The notes: generated from the letters alone by a model not told the origin. Shown: positions 1 through 9,278, numbered from the stretch's first letter. The stretch: DNA of 64,000 nucleotides from Deltaproteobacteria bacterium (GCA_011526105.1 WYAZ01000135.1:83190-147189), one strand, 5' to 3'. Numbers and translations: made by a program.

Positions 1-273
1 TGGGATACCTCTTCCGGGCCAGCGGAAGGCGAGGGCATCTTCGAGCTGAGGCTCCGCGAAGCCGACGGGACCATCCTCCGCCGCATCTGGGTCGTAGGCG
101 GGGCCGACGGGGTGAGTCTTCCGCTCGGCGCGATGCTCCCGTCGCTTCAGCGGTTGAAGCTCGAGGTACGGGGTCACGTCTGCCCCGGTCTCGATGTCGA
201 CGACTTCCGATGGGCGGACTTCGAGCGAAACACCACACACGTCCTCTCTCGTGAGCTCGAGCTCGATCTCTGA
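1..273 (+). CDS. 3' end of a protein-coding gene truncated by the window edge (hypothetical protein, C-terminal 90 aa)
   Basis: Frame +1 is open from base 1 to TGA at 271-273. Third codon positions are strongly G/C, as in neighbouring genes. The translation (…GIFELRLREADGTILRRIWVVGG…DFERNTTHVLSRELELDL) is not R/P-rich like shadow frames. There is no start in the window, so it is absent from the ORF track. Confidence 0.35.
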   Translation, partial: WDTSSGPAEGEGIFELRLREADGTILRRIWVVGGADGVSLPLGAMLPSLQRLKLEVRGHVCPGLDVDDFRWADFERNTTHVLSRELELDL

Positions 274-308
274 ACCGGGTCCCGGGGCGCCCGGGGCGCC
301 CTGCCGTC

Positions 309-755
309 ATGCGCACCCTTCTCGTCGTCCTCCTGCACACCGTCGTGGCCGTCCTGGTCGTGGGGCCTGCCTTTCGTTCTCCCCCTCGAGACGACTTCCC
401 GCTCTCGAACTACCCGATGTTCTCCGAGAAGAAGGACCCTCGGGTGACCATCCAGCAGGTGGTGGCTCGCGGGGAAGGGGCGGCCGAGATCGTACTCGGA
501 CCGGCCTTTGTGGCGAACGAGGAGGTCATGCAGGCGGCGGCGACGATCCGGCGTGCGATGGGCGCGGGCGCGGCCGGGCTCGAGACGCTTTGCACCGACA
601 TCGCAGCTCGCGTGAGCGCATCGCGTGACTCGGAGCTCGCCGCGGTGCGTGAGGTGCTGATCCTGTCGCGGCAGTTTCACGCCGTGAAGTACTTCTCGGG
701 AGACACGATACCGGAGCACGAAGAGTCCCTCGTTCGATGCGAGGTTCTCCGATGA
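309..755 (+). CDS. hypothetical protein (148 aa), N-terminal hydrophobic helix
   Basis: ATG-initiated ORF with balanced, protein-like composition. The overlapping minus-strand ORF 174..719 is R-rich, typical of an antisense shadow. The 3' end overlaps the start of the next gene by 19 nt, suggesting translational coupling. Confidence 0.5.
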   Translation: MRTLLVVLLHTVVAVLVVGPAFRSPPRDDFPLSNYPMFSEKKDPRVTIQQVVARGEGAAEIVLGPAFVANEEVMQAAATIRRAMGAGAAGLETLCTDIAARVSASRDSELAAVREVLILSRQFHAVKYFSGDTIPEHEESLVRCEVLR

Positions 756-1645
756 GCGCGGTTTGGTCCTACCTAGACCGGCGCCTCGCGCCGGAGGTGC
801 CTGCGATCAGGCTGGCCACGCTGCGCGCGCTCGTCGGTCTCTTCTCGCTCGTCTACTTGTCCATCCGGTTCATTCACCTATTGCGCTACCGTGACTTTCC
901 CGCCGCTCAATTCGCGCCCATCGGGGTTGTCTCGTGGTTGGGGCTCGAGACGCCGCTCGCGCCCTGGGCGGTCGTAGCTCAGGTGACCGTCACGTGGCTG
1001 CTCTCGATCACGTTCATGCTCGGCTTCAAGCATCGTGTCTTGGCGCCGCTCTTTGCCTTCGCTCTTTTGTGGACACTCACCTATCGAAGCTCATGGGGGA
1101 TGATCTTTCACACCGAGAACCTCCTCGTCCTGCATGTGCTCGTGCTCGCAGCGGCGCCCGCCGCGGACACCCTCGCCCTCCGCGTTCCGCCTTCGGAGCG
1201 AAGTGCCCGAAGCTACGGCTTGGCGCTGCGCCTCATGGGCCTCATCACCGTGCTCGGGTACTTCGTGGCGGGGGTGGCCAAGCTACGAAACGCGGGCTGG
1301 GCCTGGTCGAGCGGAGATGTGCTCCAGGTGCAGGTCGCCTATGACAACCTCAGGAAGCTCGCGCTGGGCGACTTCTACTCGCCCCTGGGCGGACTGCTCG
1401 CTCGTTTCGACTTCATCTGGCCTCCGCTCGCCGCCACGAGTTTGATCATGGAGCTGGCCGCGCCGGTGGCGCTGCTGGGGGACCGTGTAGGCCGATGGTG
1501 GAGCTTCGCCGCGTTCTCGTTCCACCTGGGCGTACTGGCACTCATGGCCATCAACTTTCCGTATCCCCTCAGCTTCGTGGCCTATGCCTCGTTCTTTCAT
1601 GTCGAGCGGGTGCTCCGCTTCCTTCCGTCGAGGTTTAGGACTTAG
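737..1645 (+). CDS. polytopic integral membrane protein, possibly HTTM (vitamin-K gamma-carboxylase-like) family
   Basis: 302 aa with at least 6 hydrophobic helices (LVGLFSLVYLSIRFIHLL, LLSITFMLGF, LLVLHVLVLAAAPAA, LMGLITVLGYFVAGVA, LGVLALMAINFPYPL). The HTTM assignment is tentative and comes from overall architecture only. Confidence 0.55.
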   Translation: MRGSPMSAVWSYLDRRLAPEVPAIRLATLRALVGLFSLVYLSIRFIHLLRYRDFPAAQFAPIGVVSWLGLETPLAPWAVVAQVTVTWLLSITFMLGFKHRVLAPLFAFALLWTLTYRSSWGMIFHTENLLVLHVLVLAAAPAADTLALRVPPSERSARSYGLALRLMGLITVLGYFVAGVAKLRNAGWAWSSGDVLQVQVAYDNLRKLALGDFYSPLGGLLARFDFIWPPLAATSLIMELAAPVALLGDRVGRWWSFAAFSFHLGVLALMAINFPYPLSFVAYASFFHVERVLRFLPSRFRT

Positions 1646-1681
1646 TTTCCCAGTCATCGAAGCACGCTGTACGATGCGCCG

Positions 1682-2956
1682 GTGGGTCGCGCCAAAGACG
1701 AGGACGACGCCGTCGCCCTTCCGGGGTCGAAGCGCGCGGAGTCCGGGGCGGAGGTGATCGAACTCAGTCCTCGTCGCCTGCCGGACGCGGACTCGGATCC
1801 GGATGCACCCCCGTCGGATTTCGCAGTGCCCATCGACTCCGAGGTGGTCTACGCAGAGCCGCTGCCTCCCGAGCCGCCGCGGGCCTTGGTTCAAGCCCCA
1901 GTCCGTCGTCCCGTGCTGCGCGGGACCAGCGATCTGGGCATCGTCATCGAACCCCCGGTGTCGGCGTACCGCTCGCGGGGGCCGGTGCTCGTAGTGAGTC
2001 AGGACCCTTGGGCGGTCTCGATCCTCACCGGGCGAAAGGTCGATGTCATCGCGAGCACCGGGATCGATTCGGCGCTCGCCCTCGCAACCCAGATTGCGCC
2101 CAGCGTGATGGTCCTCTCGCTGCAGCTCTCGGATGGCAGCGCCTTCGATCTCCTCGATGTGCTCGCGGGACAACATGCACCCTTCGAGGCGGTCGTCATC
2201 CTTCGGCCCGACCAGTGGGATTATGCGCAGGCTTGTTTTGCCGCCGGTGCCGCCGAGGTCGTCGAGCACGGCGACACCGACCAACTCCTCGCGGTGCTCT
2301 CCGGACTGGCCGCGGTGGATCGAGGCACGGAGAATCGAGCCGAGCTCCAGGTCCCCATCAGTGTTCAGGTCTCGGGCTACTCCTGGAATCTCGAGACGCT
2401 GGATCTCCGCGCTACGGGCATCGCGGTCGCTGGGGTACCGCCGCTCGAGAAGGGCTCCACCGTTCGTCTCATTCTCAGCCTACTCGGCCGTCGCATGGAT
2501 CTGCGCGGTCAGCTCACCCGGAGCTGGGACGATCGAGGCACTTCCTGTGCGGCGTTTCGTTTCGTGGGGCTGGCCCCAGACCAGCGCGAGTTCATGCGCG
2601 CCGCAGTGGGCGAGTACGGTGGTCACAAGGTTGAGGACGCGCTCGTACACTCGTGGCGCCGCGAGATCCGCTCCATCGTAGGCACCTTCGACAGTCACCG
2701 GCACGACTCGAGTCGGCCTCAGGGGCCCTCCGTCGTTCACACACACACCTCGACCATTCACCGGCCCATCAAGGTCGTGGAGGATGGGGAACTCGAGAAG
2801 CATCCCGGGTGGTCGACCGGCACCATCGACTTCGAGGCCGACGACTGGGACGAGCGCATTCGGCGCACCATCCGAATCCTGCTCTTGGTGCTCTTTGTGG
2901 TCGCGGGTGGGCTCGGCGTTTTACACATACTCGAGTGGCTGTTGACTTCGAAGTAG
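1682..2956 (+). CDS. receiver-like domain plus PilZ domain protein with a C-terminal TM anchor
   Basis: The central region looks like a CheY-type receiver (VLVVSQDPW…MVLSLQLSDGSAFDLLDVL…AVVILRPDQWD…GAAEVVEHGDTDQL). It is followed by a PilZ-like segment (RAELQVPISVQVSG…LRATGIAVAGV…VRLILSLLGRRMDLRGQLTRS…AAFRFV) and a C-terminal hydrophobic helix. The start is probably GTG at 1682; the N-terminus is uncertain. Confidence 0.6.
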   Translation: MGRAKDEDDAVALPGSKRAESGAEVIELSPRRLPDADSDPDAPPSDFAVPIDSEVVYAEPLPPEPPRALVQAPVRRPVLRGTSDLGIVIEPPVSAYRSRGPVLVVSQDPWAVSILTGRKVDVIASTGIDSALALATQIAPSVMVLSLQLSDGSAFDLLDVLAGQHAPFEAVVILRPDQWDYAQACFAAGAAEVVEHGDTDQLLAVLSGLAAVDRGTENRAELQVPISVQVSGYSWNLETLDLRATGIAVAGVPPLEKGSTVRLILSLLGRRMDLRGQLTRSWDDRGTSCAAFRFVGLAPDQREFMRAAVGEYGGHKVEDALVHSWRREIRSIVGTFDSHRHDSSRPQGPSVVHTHTSTIHRPIKVVEDGELEKHPGWSTGTIDFEADDWDERIRRTIRILLLVLFVVAGGLGVLHILEWLLTSK

Positions 2957-2976
2957 GCGCACGCGAGGCCTCGAGG

Positions 2977-3627
2977 ATGTCCGGGGCGCTCGTTCCCTTC
3001 TACTTCGACCTCATCTCTCCCTACAGCTACCTCGCGATCTCGCTCATCGACCGTCGATCGGACCTGCCGGCCTCGATGTTTGAGCTTCGCCCGGTGGCGC
3101 TCGGCAGCGTCTTCTCCGCGCTCGAGGTCATGGGTCCCGGCGACGTGCCGTATCGGCGGCGCTACGGACTCGCCGATGTGCTGCTTCTAGCTCAGCACTA
3201 TGGGCTGCCGCTCGAGGGTCCGCCCAGACACCCGTTTAATAGCCTATACGGGCTGCGGGCCGTGAGTGCTGTGGACGCGCCGGAGCAGCGTTTTGATCTC
3301 GCGCTGCGCCTGTTTCAGGCCGCGTGGGGCGAAGGCTTGGATCTCGAGAAGGCGGACGTGCTGTCGAGATGCTTTGAAGAAGTTGGCCTCGACTTCGATC
3401 CGGAGGAGGTCGCGAGTCGGCGCGAGACCCGCCAAGCCATCAAGTCCCACACCCAGTCGCTCCTGGCCGCCGGCGGCTTTGGCGTGCCCACCTTCGACGT
3501 CGCCGGGCAGCTCCTGTTTGGACACGACCGCTTCGAGCTCCTCTTGGCGCTCGTGAGCGGAGCGGTGCGCCCGGAGCCGGAGAAGCTCGAGCGGCTCTTG
3601 GCCCGGCCCCGTCCAGGGGCTAGCTGA
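2977..3627 (+). CDS. DsbA-family 2-hydroxychromene-2-carboxylate isomerase-like thioredoxin-fold protein
   Basis: Start refined to ATG 2977 (MSGALVPFYFDLISPYSYLA…), the canonical N-terminus of HCCA-isomerase/DsbA-like proteins. The ORF-track extension upstream (from 2653) is R/H-rich and overlaps the previous gene. Confidence 0.7.
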   Translation: MSGALVPFYFDLISPYSYLAISLIDRRSDLPASMFELRPVALGSVFSALEVMGPGDVPYRRRYGLADVLLLAQHYGLPLEGPPRHPFNSLYGLRAVSAVDAPEQRFDLALRLFQAAWGEGLDLEKADVLSRCFEEVGLDFDPEEVASRRETRQAIKSHTQSLLAAGGFGVPTFDVAGQLLFGHDRFELLLALVSGAVRPEPEKLERLLARPRPGAS

Positions 3628-4369
3628 GCTTCCGGATCTCCTCCACCACCCAGTCTGGGTCGTCGAGCGGCAGCTCATGACCGGCGCTCGGATGCACGCG
3701 CACCGGGCTCCTATACCGTTCGGCCAGCCGATAGGTGCAGCTCGGATCGACGAAGCGATCGTGCGCGGAGACGAAGAACTCGAGCGGCGTCTCCACGCGC
3801 TCGGGGGTCTGAAACCGCATGGCGGCGACCACCTGCGCTCGCATGACCGAGAACGAGACCGGTGCGGATCTCGAGACCTCGCCGAACGCTCGAGCGAGGT
3901 CTTGCTCGTCGCCTCGGTGATTGGTGATCAGCTTCAGGAGACGACTCTCGCGGCGCATGGGATCCGGTTCACGCATCATCGCCATGAGGGGGCCGAGGTT
4001 CTGAAGCCGCAAGCGGTCTTGCGGCCGGCTCAGGTTGCCGGCGCTCGAGTTGACGATCACCGCGATCTCGAAGTCGCTCGGGTAGCGATGAACCCAGTCG
4101 AGGGCGATCATGCCCCCGAGGGAGACCGCGAAGATTCCGAAGCCTCCTTCGGTGGCGCGCAGGTCCGAGAAACGCAGCCGGAGATCGTCCGAGATGCCTT
4201 CGATCTTGCTGGGCGAGGGACGCGAGACCTCGGTGCCAACCCCCGGAAGATCCAGGCAGACCACCTTCGATCCGAGGGTTTGTCGGAGGCGCTCGGGGAG
4301 CTCGCCCCAATGCCTCTGCTCTCGGCTGAGGCCGCGCAGGAGGAGCCAGTTTCTCGCCGGTTCGCTCAC
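3620..4369 (-). CDS. alpha/beta-hydrolase fold protein
   Basis: 249 aa with a GxSxG nucleophile elbow (AVSLGGMIAL) and a C-terminal His (PSAGHELPLDDP), typical of an esterase/lipase-like alpha/beta hydrolase. Confidence 0.7.
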   Translation of the reverse strand: MSEPARNWLLLRGLSREQRHWGELPERLRQTLGSKVVCLDLPGVGTEVSRPSPSKIEGISDDLRLRFSDLRATEGGFGIFAVSLGGMIALDWVHRYPSDFEIAVIVNSSAGNLSRPQDRLRLQNLGPLMAMMREPDPMRRESRLLKLITNHRGDEQDLARAFGEVSRSAPVSFSVMRAQVVAAMRFQTPERVETPLEFFVSAHDRFVDPSCTYRLAERYRSPVRVHPSAGHELPLDDPDWVVEEIRKLS

Positions 4370-4481
4370 GACGTGTCTTAAAGAGGAGTGGGTGAGCTTT
4401 GACCACCGGGGGCTGCGTCCATCGCAGCGTCCATGTTATCGAAACCTCGGGGAAGCCCGAGAGGCGGTCTAGGACGAGCAT

Positions 4482-6143
4482 ATGAAGTTGGAGATCCGTC
4501 ATCGCGAGTCGCAGGCCACCTATGAGGTCGAAACCAGCGGTGCCATCATGGGCCGCGAGCCGGCTCGCAGCGACATCTCGGTCGCGGACAAGTCCGTCTC
4601 TAAACAGCACGCGCGCATCTTCTCCAAGGACGGGGCCTGGTACCTCGAAGACCTGGGCTCCTCGAACGGCACGTTCCTGAATGAGCAGCGCATCGAGGAG
4701 GCGGTTGTCCTCGTGCCTGGGGCTACGTTCTCGCTCTCAGACAACCACTTCGAGGTGATGCGAGTTATCCGTGACGAGGGATCGGTCTCGGAGGTGAGCC
4801 CCGCCTTCGTGGTGGGTCCAGGCATGGATACCAACAACGAGGAGGCCCGTGATCCTGGGCCCATGTTCATCGGCGATTCGGCCGACGACGAAAACGACCC
4901 CCTGCTTCGAGAGACCGAAGAGGAGGACCGGCCGGGTTTTGGTGCCGTGTTCACCGCCGCCCCGCGAGCGCTCGCGCACTATCTGGTCGCGGTCCCGCTC
5001 TTCGCGGTCAACCCCATGGGCTCGCTGCGCAAGAGCATCGAGGAGCAGAAGCATCCGCCGATGCAGACCTGGCAGCTCATGGGCTGGGCGCTTCCGGCGC
5101 TGCTCGCCACCGGACTCGTTTCATGGGTCACCGCGTCCATCGCCGCGCTGGTGCACGGAACCTTCTCGCTTGGGGACGCGCTTCCCATTGGCCCGTTGGT
5201 GGGCGCTGCCATCGGGGCGGTGGTGAGCGGATTTGCGCTCCACCCCATCCTGACATGGGTCATCGACAAACTCGGTGGCGAGAGCAACGAGAGCCAGCGG
5301 ACGAACTACTTCATCACGATGATGACGGTGTCGATCCTTCTCGCGGCCCCTGGGGCGCTGGGGTCGCTCCTCGCGCTCATCCCGCTGCCTTTCATCGGGA
5401 TCCTCCCGCTCGCGCTTCAGCTCGTGGCCACCCTGTTCAGCATCCTGGTGATGTATCGGTGGTTTCAGCACTTCGAGGTCGCGGCCTGGTTTCAGAAGGT
5501 GATCCTCGTGCTCGGGCTCTTGGCGTGCATCTCCACCGGTCTCGCGCTGGTGAACGTGATCCGCGTGACCATCGCTGGTGGAGGTGGAGGGGACATCGCC
5601 GCGGCGGTCGATCCCGAGAACCCGGACGCTGTCCCCAGCGACGCGGAGCTGCTCGCTGCCAAAGAGGCGGCTGAGCGCGAGCAGGCCGGCGCCGACACCG
5701 AACCCGGCACCGAGCCGAAGCCCGGCGCCGAGCCGAAGCCCGGCGCCGAGCCGAAGCCCGAGCCGAAGCCCGAGCCGAAGCCCGAGCCGAAGCCCGAGCC
5801 GAAGCCCGAGCCAAAGCCCGAGCCAAAGCCCGGACCAGAGCCGAAGTCCGAACCAGAGCCGAAGCCCTCGGGCGACTCGGGCTATCCGACGTACTACAAG
5901 AAGCTCGTGGCGATCGAAGCCGTGGTCGACGCCGACCCCACGCTCCTGCGCGACAAGAACGTGCAGCGACTCTACGCACGCATCAAAAAGGTGCAGTACG
6001 AGACCACCAAGAAGGCCGACGGGGGCAAGAAGAAGAAGAAAGACCCCTGGCAGGCCGAGATCGACCGAAAGCTCGCCGATGCGGAGGCCTTCGACGAGCT
6101 CAAGGGCACCGTCGAGGCTCTCCACGAGCGGCTCTTCGACTGA
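4482..6143 (+). CDS. FHA-domain protein with polytopic membrane domain and EPKP tandem-repeat linker
   Basis: N-terminal FHA signature ([48 protein letters not shown]…[10 protein letters not shown]). An acidic linker follows, then about 5 TM helices, then (EPKP)n low-complexity repeats and a Lys-rich C-terminal tail. Confidence 0.75.
   Translation: MKLEIRHRESQATYEVETSGAIMGREPARSDISVADKSVSKQHARIFSKDGAWYLEDLGSSNGTFLNEQRIEEAVVLVPGATFSLSDNHFEVMRVIRDEGSVSEVSPAFVVGPGMDTNNEEARDPGPMFIGDSADDENDPLLRETEEEDRPGFGAVFTAAPRALAHYLVAVPLFAVNPMGSLRKSIEEQKHPPMQTWQLMGWALPALLATGLVSWVTASIAALVHGTFSLGDALPIGPLVGAAIGAVVSGFALHPILTWVIDKLGGESNESQRTNYFITMMTVSILLAAPGALGSLLALIPLPFIGILPLALQLVATLFSILVMYRWFQHFEVAAWFQKVILVLGLLACISTGLALVNVIRVTIAGGGGGDIAAAVDPENPDAVPSDAELLAAKEAAEREQAGADTEPGTEPKPGAEPKPGAEPKPEPKPEPKPEPKPEPKPEPKPEPKPGPEPKSEPEPKPSGDSGYPTYYKKLVAIEAVVDADPTLLRDKNVQRLYARIKKVQYETTKKADGGKKKKKDPWQAEIDRKLADAEAFDELKGTVEALHERLFD
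5703..5867. repeat. coding tandem repeat: 3 x 18 nt (ggcgccgagccgaagccc) followed by about 9 x 12 nt (gagccgaagccc), encoding (GAEPKP)3(EPKP)9
   Basis: Perfect and near-perfect direct repeats read directly in the sequence, lying inside the FHA-protein CDS. Confidence 0.85.
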
Positions 6144-6161
6144 GTTGATCCGGACGGTCGT

Positions 6162-9100
6162 TCAGTCGAAGCGAATGTCCAAGAAGTATTGAGGCAGGAT
6201 GCGAGAGTCGATCCAGTGCCCGACCTCGAGATAGTACGTGCCCGGGGCCAGTGCGTTGACCCCTACCCCAGGCGTACTCGCCTCGCTGATCTCGGAGCAT
6301 ACGCTAGAGGTCGGGATCGAGGTGTCGTCGTTCGACGTGATCTCGGTCCCGGCGCTGTCGTACAACGCTAGCCGAGTGTCGATGCCAGTGCACGAGGTTG
6401 GATCGCCCACGTTGCTGTAGGTTCGCGCCACCAGCGCGCGGGTGGCCCCCGCGGGCACGGTGAAGGCGTAGAAGTCGACATCTGCGACGGGGTCGATGCT
6501 CCCGGCGATGGTGCGCGTGGTGGCCGTCACCGCCCCGCTCGCCTGGGCGCCCGCGATGTCTGAGTTGGGTTCGACCTCGAGGAGCACGTTGCCTTCGAAC
6601 TGGCAGGTGGACGAGCAACCGTCACCGTTGGCGGTGTTGCCATCGTCGCAAGCCTCATTGGCTCGAGACTCGATGCGGCCGTTGCCACACGCGGGATTCA
6701 AGATCGTCACCCGCAACGTCAGTGGTCCGGTTTGGCCGCCCTCGGGGCGAACGACCAGATAGTACGCCCCGGTCGGCAGGTTGCGCGCGAACGCGTCATC
6801 CACCGTGATCTCGGCGCAGTCATTGGCGGCACCAAACGTCTTCCTTCCGCGAAGGGTCACGAGGTCCGCCTCGTAGAGCTCGAGCGCGTTGTCGGAGTCG
6901 CAGCTCGCGCCGCTGGTGGTGGTGGCAGTGATGGTCTGACCGGCCTGAGTGACGTTCACGCGGACGGTTTGGTAGGCGATGTTTGACGGAAGGTTCAGGT
7001 TGGCCACCCCGCTCGGCGGGTTGATGGTCGCCGCGATCTCGAGCTGACAGGTGGCGGAGCAGCCATCGTTGGCATCGGTGTTGCCATCGTCGCACTGCTC
7101 GTTGGTCTCCGCGACACCGTTGCCGCAGATATCGACCGCACGCACCGTCACCCGGAGTTCGTATGGGAAGCTCTGGGTCTCGTCTCCTCGGAAGCCGGTG
7201 GCGACGAAGTACTGCCCCGGGGGGAGGCGAGGATCGGTCGCGAAGGCGGGCTGAGAATGAGCGCACAGCTCGGGGCCGGAGTCGTCGTCGAAGTCCATGG
7301 TGTTGAGGTCGGCGTCTGCCACGTAGATCACGGGGTCGGCGTTCGCAGTGCAGTTCGGGGCGGTGGGGGTGAAGACCGCGGCCTCGATGTAAGCCTCGGC
7401 GGTCAAGGTCACCTCGTAGAACTGAAGGCGTCCGCCCGGGGCGGTGCCGCTGAAGGTCTGGCTCGCGGGCGGGCCACTCAGCGTGCCGACGGGTTCGATG
7501 CGGCAAGTCGCGCTGCAGCCGTCGCCCGGCGTGGTGTTGCCGTCGTCGCACTGCTCGTTGTCCTCGAAGACACCGTTGCCGCAGATGTCGGCTTCGAGCA
7601 GCTTGATCTCGACTTGGTAGGGGAACGTCTGGCCGTCTGTGCCGTAGAAGCCGACGCCGAGGAAGTAGGTGCCTGCTTCGAGGAACGCGGCCGAATCCTC
7701 ATTGGGATCGACGTGCGGACACTCGCCGCTGCCCCCCGCTGCGAAGGTGACTTCAGCGCCGCTGGAGTTGAAGATCGCGATCTCGGCGTCGTCGGCTGGG
7801 CAGGTGGGCATGGACGGGGCAAACAGCTGGGCGTCCACGTACGCATCGGTGGTCACCTCGAGCACGTACAGGCTGTAGTTCAGCGCCTCCGCGGTGCCGG
7901 AGAAGACCTGGGTGCCGGGCGGGCCGGAGATCATGCCTTCGACCTCGAGTTCGCAGGTGGCGGAGCAGCCATCACCGTCGAGCAGGTTGCCGTCGTCACA
8001 CTGTTCGTTGCGCCCCGCTTCCCAGACGGTGTTGCCGCAGCCCGGCGCGATGAGCCGCACGAGCAGGTGGTAGGGACCCGCCTCGAAGCCGCTCACGCGG
8101 ATGTAGTAGGTCCCTGCGGCGAGCTCGGCCGCAGCGAGATCGGAAGCCGGATCGATGATGGAGCAGGCGCCGCTCCCCGAGGGGGCCTCCGCGCCGCTGT
8201 CGTCATCGCTCGTCAGCTCTTCTTCGGCGGCGTTGTAAAGCGTGAGGACGGTGTCCGTCGCGCAGCCGCCTTGACCGTCGCTGGTCTCCGCATAGAGCGA
8301 GTAGCCGGCCGGGACCGTGACGCTGTAGAAGTCGACGTCGCTCGAAGGTTCGAGCGCGCCCTCGACCCCGCCACCCGCGCCGAGGTTCACCGCCGAGGCG
8401 ATGTCGTCGTTGGGTTCCACTTCGGCGATGGTCTGCGCGACGGAGCGAGTCTGCTGGGCGGAACCGCCTCCGCTCGAGGCCGACAGCACGAAGACAGTGC
8501 TCTCGGTGACGTTCTGGGTCATGGTGCCGCTGGCTGCGGCGCTGAAGCCAGCGACCGCGGTTCCATTCGCGGTGAGGGTGAGGGTGGTGGCGTTCTGGGT
8601 GGCCCAAGTGATGGTGACCTCTGCGCTGGCGCCGGTGAAGAATGCGGGCGCGACGGTGAACGTGTCGATGACCGGGGCCGCCTCGGCGGTGACGGTCAGC
8701 GTGCGGGTGTCGACCGCGCTGTCGTTGCGCGCCTCGAGCGTATAGGTCGTGGAGGCCTGAGCGAGGGTGACATCGAAGGTTCCGCTCGCCACATTCGTGG
8801 TCTCTGTGGTGATGACCTCGCTCCCTCGAAGGATTCGCACCTGGTTCGCCCCGGCGGTGATCCACTGAAGAGTGCTGACGCCATTGAGACGTCCCGGATT
8901 CGGATTGGCGGTGAAGGAGATGACCGCGACCGCGTTCGCGTCGAGCGTCACACTCACTTCCTTTGTGGTCGAGCCGTTCGCGTTCTCCGCCTTCAGCGTG
9001 AAGGTCGTGCTCGCGTCGATCGCAGCGCTTTCGACGCTGCCGGTGAGCTCCGTCGAGGCTTCGAGCACGGTGCCGCCCGGCGCGGCGGTGATGGAGACCT

Positions 9101-9278
9101 TGGTGGCGTTCTGGACGCTCCAGCTCAAGGTCACGCGTTCGCCCCGGGCGACCGCGGCCTTCGAGGCCTGGAAGCTGCCGATGGTCGGCCCGTCCGTCGG
9201 ATCGGTGCTGTCCCCGCAGCCGTACAACGGCAACAGGGCGATGGCGGAGGAAGTGAGTAGGAATTGTGCGAGCTTCAA
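6162..9278 (-). CDS. large surface lipoprotein with Ig-like repeats, pre-peptidase C-terminal (PPC)-like domains and 6 Myxococcus cysteine-rich repeats
   Basis: Lipoprotein signal MKLAQFLLTSSAIALLPLYGC. Repeated units of the form CGNG(V/R)xExNEQCDDGN(T/L)xxGDGCSATC occur 6 times. PPC-like segments (DVDFYSVTVPAGYSLYAETSDG…; DVDFYAFTVPAGATRAL…) are interleaved. Codon usage is native. Confidence 0.8.
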   Translation of the reverse strand: MKLAQFLLTSSAIALLPLYGCGDSTDPTDGPTIGSFQASKAAVARGERVTLSWSVQNATKVSITAAPGGTVLEASTELTGSVESAAIDASTTFTLKAENANGSTTKEVSVTLDANAVAVISFTANPNPGRLNGVSTLQWITAGANQVRILRGSEVITTETTNVASGTFDVTLAQASTTYTLEARNDSAVDTRTLTVTAEAAPVIDTFTVAPAFFTGASAEVTITWATQNATTLTLTANGTAVAGFSAAASGTMTQNVTESTVFVLSASSGGGSAQQTRSVAQTIAEVEPNDDIASAVNLGAGGGVEGALEPSSDVDFYSVTVPAGYSLYAETSDGQGGCATDTVLTLYNAAEEELTSDDDSGAEAPSGSGACSIIDPASDLAAAELAAGTYYIRVSGFEAGPYHLLVRLIAPGCGNTVWEAGRNEQCDDGNLLDGDGCSATCELEVEGMISGPPGTQVFSGTAEALNYSLYVLEVTTDAYVDAQLFAPSMPTCPADDAEIAIFNSSGAEVTFAAGGSGECPHVDPNEDSAAFLEAGTYFLGVGFYGTDGQTFPYQVEIKLLEADICGNGVFEDNEQCDDGNTTPGDGCSATCRIEPVGTLSGPPASQTFSGTAPGGRLQFYEVTLTAEAYIEAAVFTPTAPNCTANADPVIYVADADLNTMDFDDDSGPELCAHSQPAFATDPRLPPGQYFVATGFRGDETQSFPYELRVTVRAVDICGNGVAETNEQCDDGNTDANDGCSATCQLEIAATINPPSGVANLNLPSNIAYQTVRVNVTQAGQTITATTTSGASCDSDNALELYEADLVTLRGRKTFGAANDCAEITVDDAFARNLPTGAYYLVVRPEGGQTGPLTLRVTILNPACGNGRIESRANEACDDGNTANGDGCSSTCQFEGNVLLEVEPNSDIAGAQASGAVTATTRTIAGSIDPVADVDFYAFTVPAGATRALVARTYSNVGDPTSCTGIDTRLALYDSAGTEITSNDDTSIPTSSVCSEISEASTPGVGVNALAPGTYYLEVGHWIDSRILPQYFLDIRFD

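Noticed and set aside
174-719. 181-aa minus-strand ORF overlapping the 309..755 gene
   Set aside because: Extremely R/H/P-rich translation, typical of an antisense shadow ORF in a high-GC coding region. The plus-strand frame has protein-like composition.
5121-6125. 334-aa minus-strand ORF with GLRL repeats
   Set aside because: Antisense reading of the EPKP repeat array in the FHA-protein gene; an artefact of the tandem repeat.
7257-9260. 667-aa plus-strand ORF, and 377-aa minus-strand alternative frame 8203..9336, inside the giant lipoprotein gene
   Set aside because: Low-complexity G/R/A/D-rich translations without motifs. They are fully contained within the repeat-bearing lipoprotein CDS, which has the recognisable domain structure.
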